Positions 1-10,300 of a DNA stretch of 64,000 nt are shown piece by piece (position 1 is the first letter of the stretch; each line of letters starts with the position of its first letter). Both the position numbers and the translations under genes were made by a program. The notes under the pieces are model-generated. The model had not been told where the DNA came from. It did not search any database and saw nothing but the letters and a program-made list of their open reading frames with translations. The DNA comes from Rhizorhabdus sp. Its GTDB lineage: Bacteria; Pseudomonadota; Alphaproteobacteria; Sphingomonadales; Sphingomonadaceae. The stretch is from contig NZ_JAGMXV010000001.1 of assembly GCF_018006725.1 (NCBI RefSeq), positions 6,831 through 70,830 on the forward strand, written 5' to 3'.

Positions 1-348
1 GAGCGCATGGCCCGGCGTTGGGGGGCGGATGGAGCCCATCACCGACAGCCTCATGCCCCGCGCTTCGGGACCGCTCCCGTCCATGATCGGCGCGAGATCC
101 GGGCTGCCGAGCGCTCGGGCGCCGCTGCGCTCCTGCTTTCGCCGCTCTATGCGACCCGTTCCCATCCCGGTGCGTCGGCTCTTGGCCGGATGCGCTTTGC
201 CGCATTGCTGCGCGCGACGCGGCTGCCGGTGATTGCCCTTGGCGGCATGACGGCACAACGCGGCCGCCAAGCGCGCTTGCTTGGTGCAAGGGGTTGGGCG
301 GCGATCGATGCTTGGGGCGGATCGTCAGGCGGCAAAAAGCGCGGCTGA
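1..348 (+). CDS. Thiamine phosphate synthase/TenI family protein (5' truncated by window)
   Basis: C-terminal TMP-synthase-like motifs 'LSPLYATRSHPG' and 'LPVIALGGM'. Confidence 0.8.
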   Translation, partial: ERMARRWGADGAHHRQPHAPRFGTAPVHDRREIRAAERSGAAALLLSPLYATRSHPGASALGRMRFAALLRATRLPVIALGGMTAQRGRQARLLGARGWAAIDAWGGSSGGKKRG

Positions 349-357
349 CGCCGGCAA

Positions 358-1095
358 TCAGAAGCGGAAGGCGGTTCCGACGTAGACCGACTGGCTGTCG
401 CGACGCTGGTCGCTGGTCAGGTCGGTGTGGTCACGCTGGCTCTTGTAGCGAACGCCACCTGAAAGCTCGAGATTCTTGGTGAGCGAGAAGGAGCCGCCCA
501 GATCGACCGAGAGCGCTTCCTCCGGTCCGCCGAGATTGGTTGCTCCGGTTGCCTTTTCGGTACCGAACAGCAGGCGGGTGCTCCACTTGGAGCGCGAATA
601 GCTGACCCCGATGTCCGCCATCTGGCGGGTATCGGGAATGGTGCCGCCGTCGATGCGCGCGAAATCGCCCGACAGGGTGAAATGCTTCCAGCCCACCGAC
701 GCACCGAGACTGTAGGCCGTAGGTGCCAAGCCCATGTTGAGCGCGGTGGTGTTCGGAATGGTGATCGTCGACCCGGCGAGCGTGGTGTTGCTCGAGGTGC
801 CCGGCTTGGACGAGCGGGCGCGAATGGCGACCGTCACCGCGCGCTTGCCATTGCCGCCCGAGGGGGTGAAGCGGAAGCTGGGTTCGGAGAAGCTGCCGCC
901 GACGCGGTCGAACAAGGCGGCCTGACGGGGATCCGACGCGGCCGGTGTGAAGAAGCCGATACCACGGGCTTTCTTGCGGTCGACCTTGACCTTCGGAGTA
1001 GCGGGAGTCTTGGCGGCTTCGACGGGCACAGACAGGACTAGCGACGCGAGAAGCGCCGTGCCCATCATCCTTGCCGTGACCCCCTTGACCATCAT
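358..1095 (-). CDS. Secreted/outer-membrane beta-barrel-like hypothetical protein
   Basis: N-terminal signal peptide, amphipathic beta-strands, C-terminal beta-signal 'VYVGTAFRF'. Confidence 0.65.
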   Translation of the reverse strand: MMVKGVTARMMGTALLASLVLSVPVEAAKTPATPKVKVDRKKARGIGFFTPAASDPRQAALFDRVGGSFSEPSFRFTPSGGNGKRAVTVAIRARSSKPGTSSNTTLAGSTITIPNTTALNMGLAPTAYSLGASVGWKHFTLSGDFARIDGGTIPDTRQMADIGVSYSRSKWSTRLLFGTEKATGATNLGGPEEALSVDLGGSFSLTKNLELSGGVRYKSQRDHTDLTSDQRRDSQSVYVGTAFRF

Positions 1096-1393
1096 CCTGC
1101 CAAACCCGGACTTATCTCTATGTCAGACGGTTAGCACCCGATCGGAGTCGATGCCAGCCGGCTGCGGCGAAAGTCCGTCCCTGTTGCACAGACTCCACAG
1201 CCGCCGAACGCCTGTAGAGGCATATCTGTTTCAGATCGATGAATCTTACCGTGCGTTGGGAGCAACGAGCGGTTCGCGCCGGCTGGCATCTCGCCGGAAC
1301 GCCTTGTTCGGCGGGCAAAGACATGTTGCCCGGTGGGGGCATGTGTCTATAACGGCGCGCAACGCCTTTTCGAGCCCCAAGGACTTGCCTGAC

Positions 1394-1837
1394 ATGATCC
1401 GTCGCCCCTGCCGTACCGCGATCGCCCTTGCCCTCGTCGCCTCGCTGGCGGCCTGTGGAGGTGGACGCAACAAGGCGCAGCTCGCATCCGACGTCGCGGC
1501 AGCCAAAACCACCACGATCGGCATCAACACCTATTTGTGGAAGGCGTCGCTCGAGGCGCTCAGCTTCATGCCGCTGCTGCAGGCGGATTCCAACGGCGGC
1601 GTGATCGTCACCGACTGGTATGTGAACCCGAACCAGCCCGCCGAGCGGATGAAGGTGACCGTGACGATCCTCGACGCCGATCTGCGCGCCGATGCCGTCC
1701 GCGTTGCGCCGCAGCGTCAGGTGCTGTCGAACGGCAATTGGGTCGACACGTCGGTCCAGGCTGCAACCGCGCAGAAGCTGGAAGACATCATCCTGACCAA
1801 GGCCCGAGACCTGCGCCGCGCGACCATCGCCGGCTGA
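1394..1837 (+). CDS. DUF3576 family lipoprotein
   Basis: Start re-called at ATG 1394; lipobox LAAC; '[24 protein letters not shown]' signature; usual position upstream of leuS. Confidence 0.85.
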   Translation: MIRRPCRTAIALALVASLAACGGGRNKAQLASDVAAAKTTTIGINTYLWKASLEALSFMPLLQADSNGGVIVTDWYVNPNQPAERMKVTVTILDADLRADAVRVAPQRQVLSNGNWVDTSVQAATAQKLEDIILTKARDLRRATIAG

Positions 1838-1856
1838 AGAAGAAGCGAAAGATCAA

Positions 1857-4364
1857 GTGAACGCGCGTTTCAACCATTTGAAGGCCGACGCGCACTGGCA
1901 GCGCGTCTGGGAAGACCGGCAGACCTTTCAGGCCCGCGACGACAGCGAGCGGCCGAAGAGCTATGTCCTCGAGATGTTCCCCTATCCGTCGGGGCGCATC
2001 CACATGGGCCATGTGCGCAACTACACCATGGGCGACGTGCTCGCCCGCTTCCGTCGGATGAAGGGCTATGAAGTGCTCCATCCGATGGGATGGGACGCCT
2101 TCGGCATGCCGGCCGAAAATGCCGCAATGGAGAAGAAGGTCCATCCGGGTGACTGGACCCGCGCCAATATCGCGGCGATGCGGGAGCAGCTGAAGCGGAT
2201 CGGCTTCGCGCTCGACTGGAGCCGCGAACTCGCGACCTGCGAGCCTGATTATTATGGGCAGGAACAGGCGCTGTTCCTCGACCTGTTTGCTTCCGGCCTC
2301 GTCTATCGCAAGGAATCGGCGGTCAACTGGGATCCGGTCGACATGACCGTGCTCGCCAATGAGCAGGTGATCGACGGTCGCGGCTGGCGCTCGGGCGCCC
2401 TTGTCGAGCGGCGCAAGCTCAGCCAGTGGTTTCTCAAGATCACCGACTTCGCCGATGAGTTGCTCGACGGACTGAAGACGCTCGACCAGTGGCCCGAAAA
2501 GGTCCGGACGATGCAGGAGAACTGGATCGGCAAGTCGCAGGGGATGCGCTTCCGCTTCACGCTCGATCGCCCGGTCGGCGATATCGACGGCTTCGAGGTT
2601 TTCACGACCCGGCCCGATACGCTGTTCGGCGCGAGCTTCGCGGCGGTCGCCCCCGATCATCCGATCGCGCAGGCTCTGGCGGCGGACGATGAGGCGCTGC
2701 AGGCGTTCATCGCCGACTGCAAGCGCACCGGCACTGCGGCCGCCGAGATCGAGACGGCAGAGAAGAAGGGCTATGACACCGGCCTGACCGTGGCGCACCC
2801 GCTCGATCCGACGTGGAAGCTGCCGGTGTTCGTCGCGAATTTCGTGCTGATGGAATATGGCACGGGGGCGATCTACGCCTGTCCGGCGCACGACCAGCGC
2901 GACCTGGACTTTGCCCGCAAATATGCGCTGCCGGTCAAGCGCGTCGTGGCACCGACGCCCGAGGAAGCCGATGCGCCGATCGGCAACGAGGCCTATGTGG
3001 GCCCCGGCCGCATCGTCAATTCCGACTTCCTCGACGGCCTGTCGGTGGAAGAGGCCAAGGCCGCCGTGATCGCACGGGGCGAGAGCGAAGGCTGGGGTCA
3101 GGGCACCACCGTGTGGCGCCTGCGCGACTGGGGCGTTTCCCGGCAGCGTTACTGGGGCACGCCCATCCCCATCATCCATTGCGAGAATTGCGGCCCGGTT
3201 CCGGTCCCGCGCGAACAGCTGCCGGTGGTTCTGCCCGAGGATGTCAGTTTCGACATTCCCGGCAATCCGCTCGATCGCCATCCGACCTGGAAGCATGTCG
3301 ATTGCCCGTCCTGCGGCAAGCCGGCGCGGCGTGAGACCGACACGCTCGACACCTTCGTCGATTCCAGCTGGTACTTCATCCGCTTCGCCAGCGCACCGGG
3401 CGACAAGCCGTTCGACCGCACGGTGGCCGAGCAATGGCTGCCGGTCGGTCAGTATATCGGCGGGGTCGAGCATGCGATCCTGCATCTGCTCTATGCCCGC
3501 TTCTGGACGCGCGCGCTCGAGCGGATCGGCAAGATCTCGGTCAAGGAGCCCTTCACCGGTCTCTTCACCCAAGGGATGGTCACCCACGAGACCTACAAGA
3601 GCCCGGACGGCCAGTGGCTGAGCCCGGAAGAGGTTTCCAACGGGGTGGTCGTCGCCACGGGCGAGCCGGCGACGGTCGGACGCATCGAGAAGATGTCCAA
3701 GTCCAAGAAGAACGTCGTCGATCCTGGCCCCATCGTCGAACAATATGGCGCCGACGCCGTCCGCTGGTTCATGCTGTCGGACAGCCCGCCCGAGCGCGAT
3801 CTCGAATGGACCGAGAGCGGGATCGAAGGTTGCTGGCGCTTCGTCAACCGTCTGTGGCGGATGACCGACGTTGCGGAAGCCGCGCAGGGCGAGGACAAGG
3901 ACCTCGACCGCAAGTTGCACCGTGCGATCGCCGGCATCGCAACCGATATCGAGGCGCTGGGCTTCAACCGCGCCGTCGCCAAGGTCCACGAACTCGCCAA
4001 TGCGATCGAGAAGGCACCGCCTTCGGCGAGCCGCGCCGCAGCGGCGCGGACCCTCGTCCGCCTGATCGCGCCGATGGTGCCGCACCTCGCCGAGGAAGCG
4101 TGGGCGCGCATGGGCGAAGAAGGCCTAGTCGCCGATGCGGCCTGGCCCGACCACGATCCCGCGCTGCTCGTCGACGATGAGGTCACCATTGCGGTGCAGG
4201 TCAACGGCAAGCTGCGCGACACGCTGACGGCGCCAAAGGGCATGCCGAAGGACGAATTGCAAAATCTGGCGCTCCAGTCGGAGAAGATCGTGAAACTTCT
4301 CGAGGGCGCAGCGCCCAAGAAGGTGATCGTGGTTCCCGACCGTCTCGTGAACATCGTCGCATGA
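1857..4364 (+). CDS. leuS: Leucine--tRNA ligase
   Basis: MFPYPSG..HMGH (HIGH) and KMSKS motifs; editing domain TTRPDT; 835 aa; GTG start. Confidence 0.99.
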   Translation: MNARFNHLKADAHWQRVWEDRQTFQARDDSERPKSYVLEMFPYPSGRIHMGHVRNYTMGDVLARFRRMKGYEVLHPMGWDAFGMPAENAAMEKKVHPGDWTRANIAAMREQLKRIGFALDWSRELATCEPDYYGQEQALFLDLFASGLVYRKESAVNWDPVDMTVLANEQVIDGRGWRSGALVERRKLSQWFLKITDFADELLDGLKTLDQWPEKVRTMQENWIGKSQGMRFRFTLDRPVGDIDGFEVFTTRPDTLFGASFAAVAPDHPIAQALAADDEALQAFIADCKRTGTAAAEIETAEKKGYDTGLTVAHPLDPTWKLPVFVANFVLMEYGTGAIYACPAHDQRDLDFARKYALPVKRVVAPTPEEADAPIGNEAYVGPGRIVNSDFLDGLSVEEAKAAVIARGESEGWGQGTTVWRLRDWGVSRQRYWGTPIPIIHCENCGPVPVPREQLPVVLPEDVSFDIPGNPLDRHPTWKHVDCPSCGKPARRETDTLDTFVDSSWYFIRFASAPGDKPFDRTVAEQWLPVGQYIGGVEHAILHLLYARFWTRALERIGKISVKEPFTGLFTQGMVTHETYKSPDGQWLSPEEVSNGVVVATGEPATVGRIEKMSKSKKNVVDPGPIVEQYGADAVRWFMLSDSPPERDLEWTESGIEGCWRFVNRLWRMTDVAEAAQGEDKDLDRKLHRAIAGIATDIEALGFNRAVAKVHELANAIEKAPPSASRAAAARTLVRLIAPMVPHLAEEAWARMGEEGLVADAAWPDHDPALLVDDEVTIAVQVNGKLRDTLTAPKGMPKDELQNLALQSEKIVKLLEGAAPKKVIVVPDRLVNIVA

Positions 4365-4867
4365 GGCCCCTCGCCCGCCTGGCGCTTCCGCTCGCGCTGG
4401 TCGCCGGCCTTTCCGCCTGCAGCCTGCGGCCGCTCTACGTCGATGGCGGCGCCGGCAGCGTTGCCAGCGCCCTCTCCTCGGTCGAGGTGTCGGCGATCGG
4501 CGGCCAGAGCGGCTGGCTGGTCCGCAACGCGCTCAACGATCGCATGCACCGGCAGGGCGAGTCCGCTGCGCGCTATAAGCTCGAAGTCGAACTTGACGAC
4601 GACATCACCGGTTTCGGTACCCGGCTCGACAATACGATCAGCCGCGAGCGTCGTACTCTGCGCGCGCGCTACCGGCTGATCGATGCCGCCACCGGCTCGG
4701 TGCTGCTCGATCAAACGGCTGCGGCCGATGCCGGCATCGACGTGACCCAGTCGGATTATGCGACGCTGGCGGCCGAACAGACCGCGCTCGAACGCATGGC
4801 AGATCGGCTGGCAGACCAGATTGTGGCGCGCGTCGCCACCTATGCCGGCCGCAGCACGAACCGGTGA
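4361..4867 (+). CDS. lptE: LptE family outer-membrane lipoprotein
   Basis: Lipobox LSAC followed by 'LRPLY'; conserved leuS-lptE-holA order; ATGA overlap. Confidence 0.85.
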   Translation: MRPLARLALPLALVAGLSACSLRPLYVDGGAGSVASALSSVEVSAIGGQSGWLVRNALNDRMHRQGESAARYKLEVELDDDITGFGTRLDNTISRERRTLRARYRLIDAATGSVLLDQTAAADAGIDVTQSDYATLAAEQTALERMADRLADQIVARVATYAGRSTNR

Positions 4868-5883
4868 AAGCCGACGCCGGACAGATCGCGCGGGCCCTCG
4901 ACAAGGGAGACCCGTCCGTCCGGCTGTTCCTGCTTTACGGGCCCGATGAATCGGGTTCGCGAGCGCTCGCGGCGCGGCTCGACAAGGCGATGGGGGGCGA
5001 TGCCGAGCGGATCGACCTGACCGGCAGTCAGATCAAGGATGACCCGGCGCGGCTTGCCGACGAGGCGGCCTCGATCTCTCTGTTCGGCGGCGCGCGCCAC
5101 ATCCGCGTCGACCCGGCCGGCGACGAGATCATCGACGCGGTCGAGGCGCTGCTCGAGGCGACGTCTGCCGGCAATCCGGTGGTGGTCGTGGCGGGGAACC
5201 TCCGCAAGGACGCCAAGCTGGTCAAGGCGGCCCTCGCCTCTCCGCTGGCGCTCGCCTTCGCCTCCTATCTGCCGGAGGGCCGGCAGGCGGACCAGGTGGC
5301 GGTTGAGATGGCTCGCGAGCTGGGCCTGCGGCTCGATCCGCGCACGGCTCAGTCGCTGGTGGCGGCGACCAATGCGGACCGGGGTCTGATCCTGCGCGAA
5401 GTCGAGAAGATTGCGCTCTATCTCGACGCCACCCCCGAGAGCCCGAAGGAACTGGACGCCGAAACGCTCGCAGCGATCGGTGCCGAGAATGACGAAAGCG
5501 ACGTGGCGGCTATTGTCGATGCCGTCATGGGCGGACGCCCCGATGTCGCAGCAGCCGAGCTCGCCCTGATCGGACCAACCGAGGCGATCGGAGTGGTGCG
5601 GGCCGTTCTCCGGAAACTGGCCATGATCACTCCGCTCCGTGCCGAAGTCGCTCAGGGCCGGACGATCGAAGCGGTCATGGCAAGCAGCGGCAAGGCGATC
5701 TTCTGGAAGGAACAGAAGAGCGTGGCCGGGCTTCTTCAGCGCTGGTCGCCGGAACGGATTGCTGCGGCCACTGAGCGTCTGGCGGGCTTGGAGCGCGCTT
5801 TTAAGCGTTCGGGCTCGGCGGGCATGGTGCTTGTGACCGAGGAGTTGCTGACGATCTCACGGGCCGCTGCTGCGCGTCGGTAG
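4864..5883 (+). CDS. holA: DNA polymerase III delta subunit
   Basis: 'LLYGPD', 'SLFGG', 'EVEKIALY' motifs; synteny. Confidence 0.93.
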   Translation: MKADAGQIARALDKGDPSVRLFLLYGPDESGSRALAARLDKAMGGDAERIDLTGSQIKDDPARLADEAASISLFGGARHIRVDPAGDEIIDAVEALLEATSAGNPVVVVAGNLRKDAKLVKAALASPLALAFASYLPEGRQADQVAVEMARELGLRLDPRTAQSLVAATNADRGLILREVEKIALYLDATPESPKELDAETLAAIGAENDESDVAAIVDAVMGGRPDVAAAELALIGPTEAIGVVRAVLRKLAMITPLRAEVAQGRTIEAVMASSGKAIFWKEQKSVAGLLQRWSPERIAAATERLAGLERAFKRSGSAGMVLVTEELLTISRAAAARR

Positions 5884-5943
5884 TTACGCCCTGGATTCAG
5901 CGACTTGCGTTGACTCTCAATTATTCCGCAAAACGTTCTTCGC

Positions 5944-5964
5944 AAATTCTCTTAAAGAGAATTT
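5944..5964. repeat. Perfect AT-rich inverted repeat AAATTCTCTT-A-AAGAGAATTT
   Basis: 10-bp perfect arms with a 1-nt spacer, between convergent holA and parB. Confidence 0.7.
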
Positions 5965-6035
5965 CGCAACTTCGCAGATTGTCGCAAGTTTTGCAGATCG
6001 TGCGAACAGGCCGTTGTGACGCGGTCTGAGCTTGT

Positions 6036-6938
6036 TCAGATTGGTTCTCCGCTCAACCGCTGGCAGACGAGGTCGAGCTGGTCGAGGGTCGAATAGCCGA
6101 TCGACACTTTTCCGCCCTTCTCCGTATGTTCGATCTGAACCTTGAGACCCAATATGTCGCCGATCTGGCGTTCGAGCGCCTGAATGTCGGCGTCGACGAC
6201 CGGCGGCGCAGCGGGAATAGCGGCCGCGCGGCCATCGGCTTTCCCTGCCGGCCGCGCTTTCTTCGCCAGCGCTTCGGTGTCGCGGACCGACAGGTCCTGG
6301 CTCACCACCTGCTCGGCCAGCGCTTCGGCATCGGGCGAGGTGATCAGCGCGCGGGCATGACCCATGCTCAGACGTCCGTCCGCCAGGAGGGACCGGACGC
6401 TTTGCGGCAGGTCGAGCAGCCGCAACAGATTGGCGACGTGGCTGCGCGACTTGCCGACCAGCTTGCCCAGCGCTTCCTGGGTGTGGCCGAAGTCGGTCAC
6501 AAGCCGCTGATAGGCCTCGGCTTCCTCGATCGCGTTGAGGTCCTGCCGCTGTACATTTTCGACGATGGCGAGTTCCAGCGTCTCGCTATCCGAAAGCTCA
6601 CGGACAATCGCCGGGACCTCGTGGATCCGGGCCCGCTGCGCCGCCCGCCAGCGGCGCTCGCCGGCGATGATCTGATAACCGCCGCTCGACGGGTGTGGAC
6701 GCACCACAATCGGCTGCAACAGCCCACGCTCGGCGAGCGAGCTGGCGAGATCGGCCAGCGCCTCTTCGTCGAAATGTCTGCGCGGCTGATCGGGATTGGG
6801 CGTGATTGCGGCGACTGGAAGCATCTGTATGCCGGCAGGGCGTGGTGCGCCGGGAGCCAGAGGCTGTTCCGACGCTACTTCGCCGAGCAGAGCGGACAGG
6901 CCGCGCCCCAAACCGCGGCGGGGAGCGTCGGCGCTCAT
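6036..6938 (-). CDS. parB: Chromosome partitioning protein ParB
   Basis: 'GLGRGLSALL', 'NPDQPRR', 'IIAGERRWRAA', 'ENVQRQDL', HTH; start re-called at 6938, overlapping the parA stop. Confidence 0.97.
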   Translation of the reverse strand: MSADAPRRGLGRGLSALLGEVASEQPLAPGAPRPAGIQMLPVAAITPNPDQPRRHFDEEALADLASSLAERGLLQPIVVRPHPSSGGYQIIAGERRWRAAQRARIHEVPAIVRELSDSETLELAIVENVQRQDLNAIEEAEAYQRLVTDFGHTQEALGKLVGKSRSHVANLLRLLDLPQSVRSLLADGRLSMGHARALITSPDAEALAEQVVSQDLSVRDTEALAKKARPAGKADGRAAAIPAAPPVVDADIQALERQIGDILGLKVQIEHTEKGGKVSIGYSTLDQLDLVCQRLSGEPI

Positions 6939-7714
6939 GCTGCCTGTGCCTTCTGAGTCAGTCGGGTGATGCATTCACGGGCGAGCGAGATATAGGCCTC
7001 CGATCCAGGGCAGCGATGATCGTAGATGAGGGCAGGCACGCCGTGGCTGGGTGCTTCCGAAAGGCGCACGTTGCGAGGTATGACCGTCTCGAAGACGACC
7101 TCTCCCAACACGCTGCGCACATCGGCTGCGACCTGTTCGGACAGCCGGTTGCGGCGGTCGTACATCGTCAGGGCCACGCCGAGGATGGAGAGCTGAGGAT
7201 TGAAACGCGCCCGCACGCGCTCGATCGTCTGGAGCAACTGGCTCAAGCCTTCCAGCGCAAAGAACTCGCATTGCAGCGGGACGAGCATCATGTTCGCGGC
7301 CACCAGCGCGTTGACCGTCAGCAAGCCGAGCGACGGGGGGCAATCGATCAGGCAGACGTCCCAGCGATTCTCTTCCTGAGCCAATGCATCATGAAGACGA
7401 TGGGTGCGCTTCTCGACCTCGATCAGCTCGATCTCGGCACCGCTCAGGTCGACCGTCGCAGGGACGATGTCGAGACGCGGGATCTGCGTCGGCACGACCG
7501 CTTCGGCTAGGGTACAGTCACGACGGAGCAGTTCGTAACTGCTGCTGCCGCGAGCGCCGCGATCAATTCCCAGACCGGTCGATGCGTTGCCCTGCGGATC
7601 GAAGTCGACCAACAACACACGCCATCCCGTGGCAGCAAGCGCGGTCGCGAGATTGATCGCCGTGGTGGTCTTTCCCACCCCGCCCTTCTGGTTCGCTATG
7701 GCGATCCGGATCAT
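6935..7714 (-). CDS. parA: Chromosome partitioning ATPase ParA
   Basis: Deviant Walker A 'NQKGGVGKTT', 'DPQGNAS', 'DCPPSLG'. Confidence 0.97.
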   Translation of the reverse strand: MIRIAIANQKGGVGKTTTAINLATALAATGWRVLLVDFDPQGNASTGLGIDRGARGSSSYELLRRDCTLAEAVVPTQIPRLDIVPATVDLSGAEIELIEVEKRTHRLHDALAQEENRWDVCLIDCPPSLGLLTVNALVAANMMLVPLQCEFFALEGLSQLLQTIERVRARFNPQLSILGVALTMYDRRNRLSEQVAADVRSVLGEVVFETVIPRNVRLSEAPSHGVPALIYDHRCPGSEAYISLARECITRLTQKAQAA

Positions 7715-8373
7715 CTACGTCCCTTTGATCGAGGCTTGGACTTCGGTGCGTTCCGGATAGGCGAGACTTTGGATGCGACGATGATCGAGGCTTCCGGGTC
7801 TGTGCTGCTCGGAACGATGTTGAAATCACCCTGCCATGTTCCTGTGACGGCTTCCAGTTCCGAAGCAGCACTGCGTCCTTTCGGCAGCAACCAGACCGTG
7901 TCCGGCCGGGCAAAAGGCTGCGCTAGAGGCAACAGGCGATCGAGCGGCGCGAAGGCGCGGGCACTGATCACGTCATGAGGGGATGGTTCGAGCGTCTCCA
8001 GGCGTGCACCGGCTACGCGGACCCGATCGGCAATTCCAAGCTGTTCGGCCATGAAGCTCAGAAAGTCGATCCGCTTCCTGCGCGATTCGACGAGCGTCAC
8101 TTGCATCGTGTCGCGCAGCAGCGCGATGACCATGCCGGGAAAGCCGGCCCCGGAACCGAGATCGATCCATCGCGTCGCACGTTCGGGTGCCAACGGAAGC
8201 AGCTGGGTCGAGTCGAGGATATGTCGCACCCAGATATGATCGACGGTCGATGCCGCGATCAGATTCTGCCGGCTCATCTCATCCGTGACGAGGACGATCA
8301 GCTGATGGAGCTTTTCGACTGTTTCACGTGGAACAGTGGTGGCGATCGCCTCGCGGGCTTCGTCCTCCGTCAC
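7711..8373 (-). CDS. rsmG: 16S rRNA m7G527 methyltransferase
   Basis: 'RHILDS', '[10 protein letters not shown]', 'SARAFAPL', 'KG' motifs. Confidence 0.96.
   Translation of the reverse strand: MTEDEAREAIATTVPRETVEKLHQLIVLVTDEMSRQNLIAASTVDHIWVRHILDSTQLLPLAPERATRWIDLGSGAGFPGMVIALLRDTMQVTLVESRRKRIDFLSFMAEQLGIADRVRVAGARLETLEPSPHDVISARAFAPLDRLLPLAQPFARPDTVWLLPKGRSAASELEAVTGTWQGDFNIVPSSTDPEASIIVASKVSPIRNAPKSKPRSKGRR
8320..8335. promoter_or_regulatory. parS site (TGTTTCACGTGGAACA) inside rsmG
   Basis: Matches the 16-bp parS consensus TGTTNCACGTGAAACA in reverse complement. Confidence 0.9.
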
Positions 8374-10244
8374 GCGGCCAGCTTCCTTGCATAGACCATG
8401 ATCGCAGCAAGCGCTGCAGGCGTGATGCCCCGTATGCGCCCCGCAGCGGCGAGATCATCAGGACGGGCGGCATTGAGCCGTTCGATCATTTCGTTCGAAA
8501 GACCGGCAATGTGGGCATAGCTGTCAATATTGACCAGAGATAGCGCCTGATCCCGCTTCAGCCGGGCAATCTCCTCATCCTGCCGTTCGAGATAGGGCGC
8601 GTAGCGGCAGTCCTCGATGAGCTCGGCACGAACCGATGGAGCGATCTCCCCCCAGCGCGGAATCACCGCCAGAACATGGTCGTCACCGACATCCGGGTAA
8701 CGCAGCCACTCTGCCATGGTCCGCTTGCTATGGTCGGGTGCAACGGTAGCGCCAGCTTCGATCAGCTGATGCGCTGTGGCGACCGAGACATCCAGCTGGA
8801 TTCGACCGGTCATACGCTCCGCTTCGCGCTCCGCGAACCAAGCCCTGCGTCCGGGTCCGATCACACCCAGCGTCTCGGCCCAGCCCGTCAACCGGGTTGC
8901 GGCGTTATCGGCGCGGAGTCGGAGGCGATACTCAGCGCGGGCGGTCAGCATCCGATAAGGTTCGGACACACCCTGCAGGGTGAGGTCGTCGACCATCACG
9001 CCGATATAGCTGGAGGCGCGGTCGAAAAGGACGGTCGTCGAACCGGCAGCAAAGGCCGCAGCGTTCATCCCCGCCACGAGACCTTGTGCGGCGGCTTCTT
9101 CATAGCCGGTCGTGCCGTTGATCTGCCCGGCGCAGAAAAGGCCCGGCATGGCGCGCAACGCCAGCCCCTGGGTCAGGCTGCGGGGATCGATATAGTCATA
9201 TTCCACGGCATAGCCTGGCTGGACGATCTCGACCCGCTCCAGCCCTTCGACCGTACGGAGCATCGCAAGCTGGACGTCTTCCGGCAGCGATGTCGACACG
9301 CCATTGGGGTAGATCAGCGCATCGCCGAGCCCTTCGGGTTCGAGGAAGATCTGGTGCCCGTCGCGATCGCCGAAGCGGTGAACCTTGTCCTCGATGGATG
9401 GACAGTAGCGCGGACCGGTCCCCTCGATGACTCCGGAGAAGAGCGGCGACCGGTCGAGGCTGTTGCGGATGATGTCATGGGTTCGCTGGTTGGTGCGCGT
9501 GATTGCGCAGGCAAGTTGGGGTACGGAGCGAGCGCCATGAAGCGAAGAGAAGGTCCAATGGCCATCGTCCGATGGCTGGCGATCGAGCCCGGCCCAGTCG
9601 ATCGTGCGACCGTCGAGCCGGGGAGGCGTACCGGTCTTCAGCCGTCCCAAAGGGAGATCCAAGGACCGTAGCTGATCGGCGAGGCCCAAGGCTGCGCCTT
9701 CGCCGACTCTCCCGCCGGCGCAATTGGTCATGCCGAAATGCAGCTTTGCGTTGAGGAAGGTTCCCGTGGCGAGAACGACGGAACGCGCATAAAGCTGCCT
9801 TCCGTCGGCCAACCGCACCCCGCATGTTTCACGTGGAACATTGCTCAGGATGAGCGACTCGACCGATCCTTCGACGATCTGCAACGAGCGCAGCTCAGCC
9901 AGCAGTTCATGCACCGCAATGCGAAAAAGCTGCCGGTCCGCCTGGATGCGCGGCCCCTGCACGGCCGACCCCTTGCTGCTGTTGAGCATTCGGTAATGGA
10001 TGGCGGAGCGGTCGGCTGCACGGGCTATAATGCCGTCGCAGGCGTCGACCTCGCGAACCAGATGCCCCTTGCCGAGGCCGCCGATCGCCGGATTGCACGA
10101 CATGGCGCCGATCATATCCCGGCGCATGCTCACCAACGCAACCGATGCACCCATGCGCGCAGCTGCAGCCGCAGCCTCGCATCCAGCATGTCCGCCGCCG
10201 ACGACGATGACGTCGAACCGGTCGATTTGATCCGCTCTAAGCAT
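8370..10244 (-). CDS. mnmG: tRNA uridine 5-carboxymethylaminomethyl modification enzyme
   Basis: '[10 protein letters not shown]', 'MSCNPAIGG', '[11 protein letters not shown]', '[16 protein letters not shown]'. Confidence 0.98.
   Translation of the reverse strand: MLRADQIDRFDVIVVGGGHAGCEAAAAAARMGASVALVSMRRDMIGAMSCNPAIGGLGKGHLVREVDACDGIIARAADRSAIHYRMLNSSKGSAVQGPRIQADRQLFRIAVHELLAELRSLQIVEGSVESLILSNVPRETCGVRLADGRQLYARSVVLATGTFLNAKLHFGMTNCAGGRVGEGAALGLADQLRSLDLPLGRLKTGTPPRLDGRTIDWAGLDRQPSDDGHWTFSSLHGARSVPQLACAITRTNQRTHDIIRNSLDRSPLFSGVIEGTGPRYCPSIEDKVHRFGDRDGHQIFLEPEGLGDALIYPNGVSTSLPEDVQLAMLRTVEGLERVEIVQPGYAVEYDYIDPRSLTQGLALRAMPGLFCAGQINGTTGYEEAAAQGLVAGMNAAAFAAGSTTVLFDRASSYIGVMVDDLTLQGVSEPYRMLTARAEYRLRLRADNAATRLTGWAETLGVIGPGRRAWFAEREAERMTGRIQLDVSVATAHQLIEAGATVAPDHSKRTMAEWLRYPDVGDDHVLAVIPRWGEIAPSVRAELIEDCRYAPYLERQDEEIARLKRDQALSLVNIDSYAHIAGLSNEMIERLNAARPDDLAAAGRIRGITPAALAAIMVYARKLAA
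9825..9840. promoter_or_regulatory. parS site (TGTTTCACGTGGAACA) inside mnmG
   Basis: Identical to the site at 8320-8335. Confidence 0.9.
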
Positions 10245-10282
10245 GCCGCCGCGCTATCGCAGCGCTGCTATCAAGTCAAAAG

Positions 10283-10298
10283 CGTTCCACGTGGAACA
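10283..10298. promoter_or_regulatory. parS site (CGTTCCACGTGGAACA), intergenic mnmE-mnmG
   Basis: 14-bp perfect palindromic core GTTCCACGTGGAAC. Confidence 0.85.
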
Positions 10299-10300
10299 GC

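Noticed and set aside
947-1393. Long N-terminal extensions in the ORF track (DUF3576, argH, tlpA, AKR, gtrB, LOV kinase)
   Set aside because: They overlap opposite-strand genes; family N-termini and RBSs point to downstream starts
1788-4085. 765-aa antisense ORF over leuS, and similar long shadow ORFs (22444-24375, 30823-32685, 37915-40341, 41985-43802, 46010-48880)
   Set aside because: They mirror well-supported genes and are expected from stop-codon scarcity in high-GC DNA; no recognisable motifs
5884-6035. Possible oriC
   Set aside because: No clear DnaA boxes (TTATCCACA-like) and no hemE or dnaA nearby; kept only as an unexplained element
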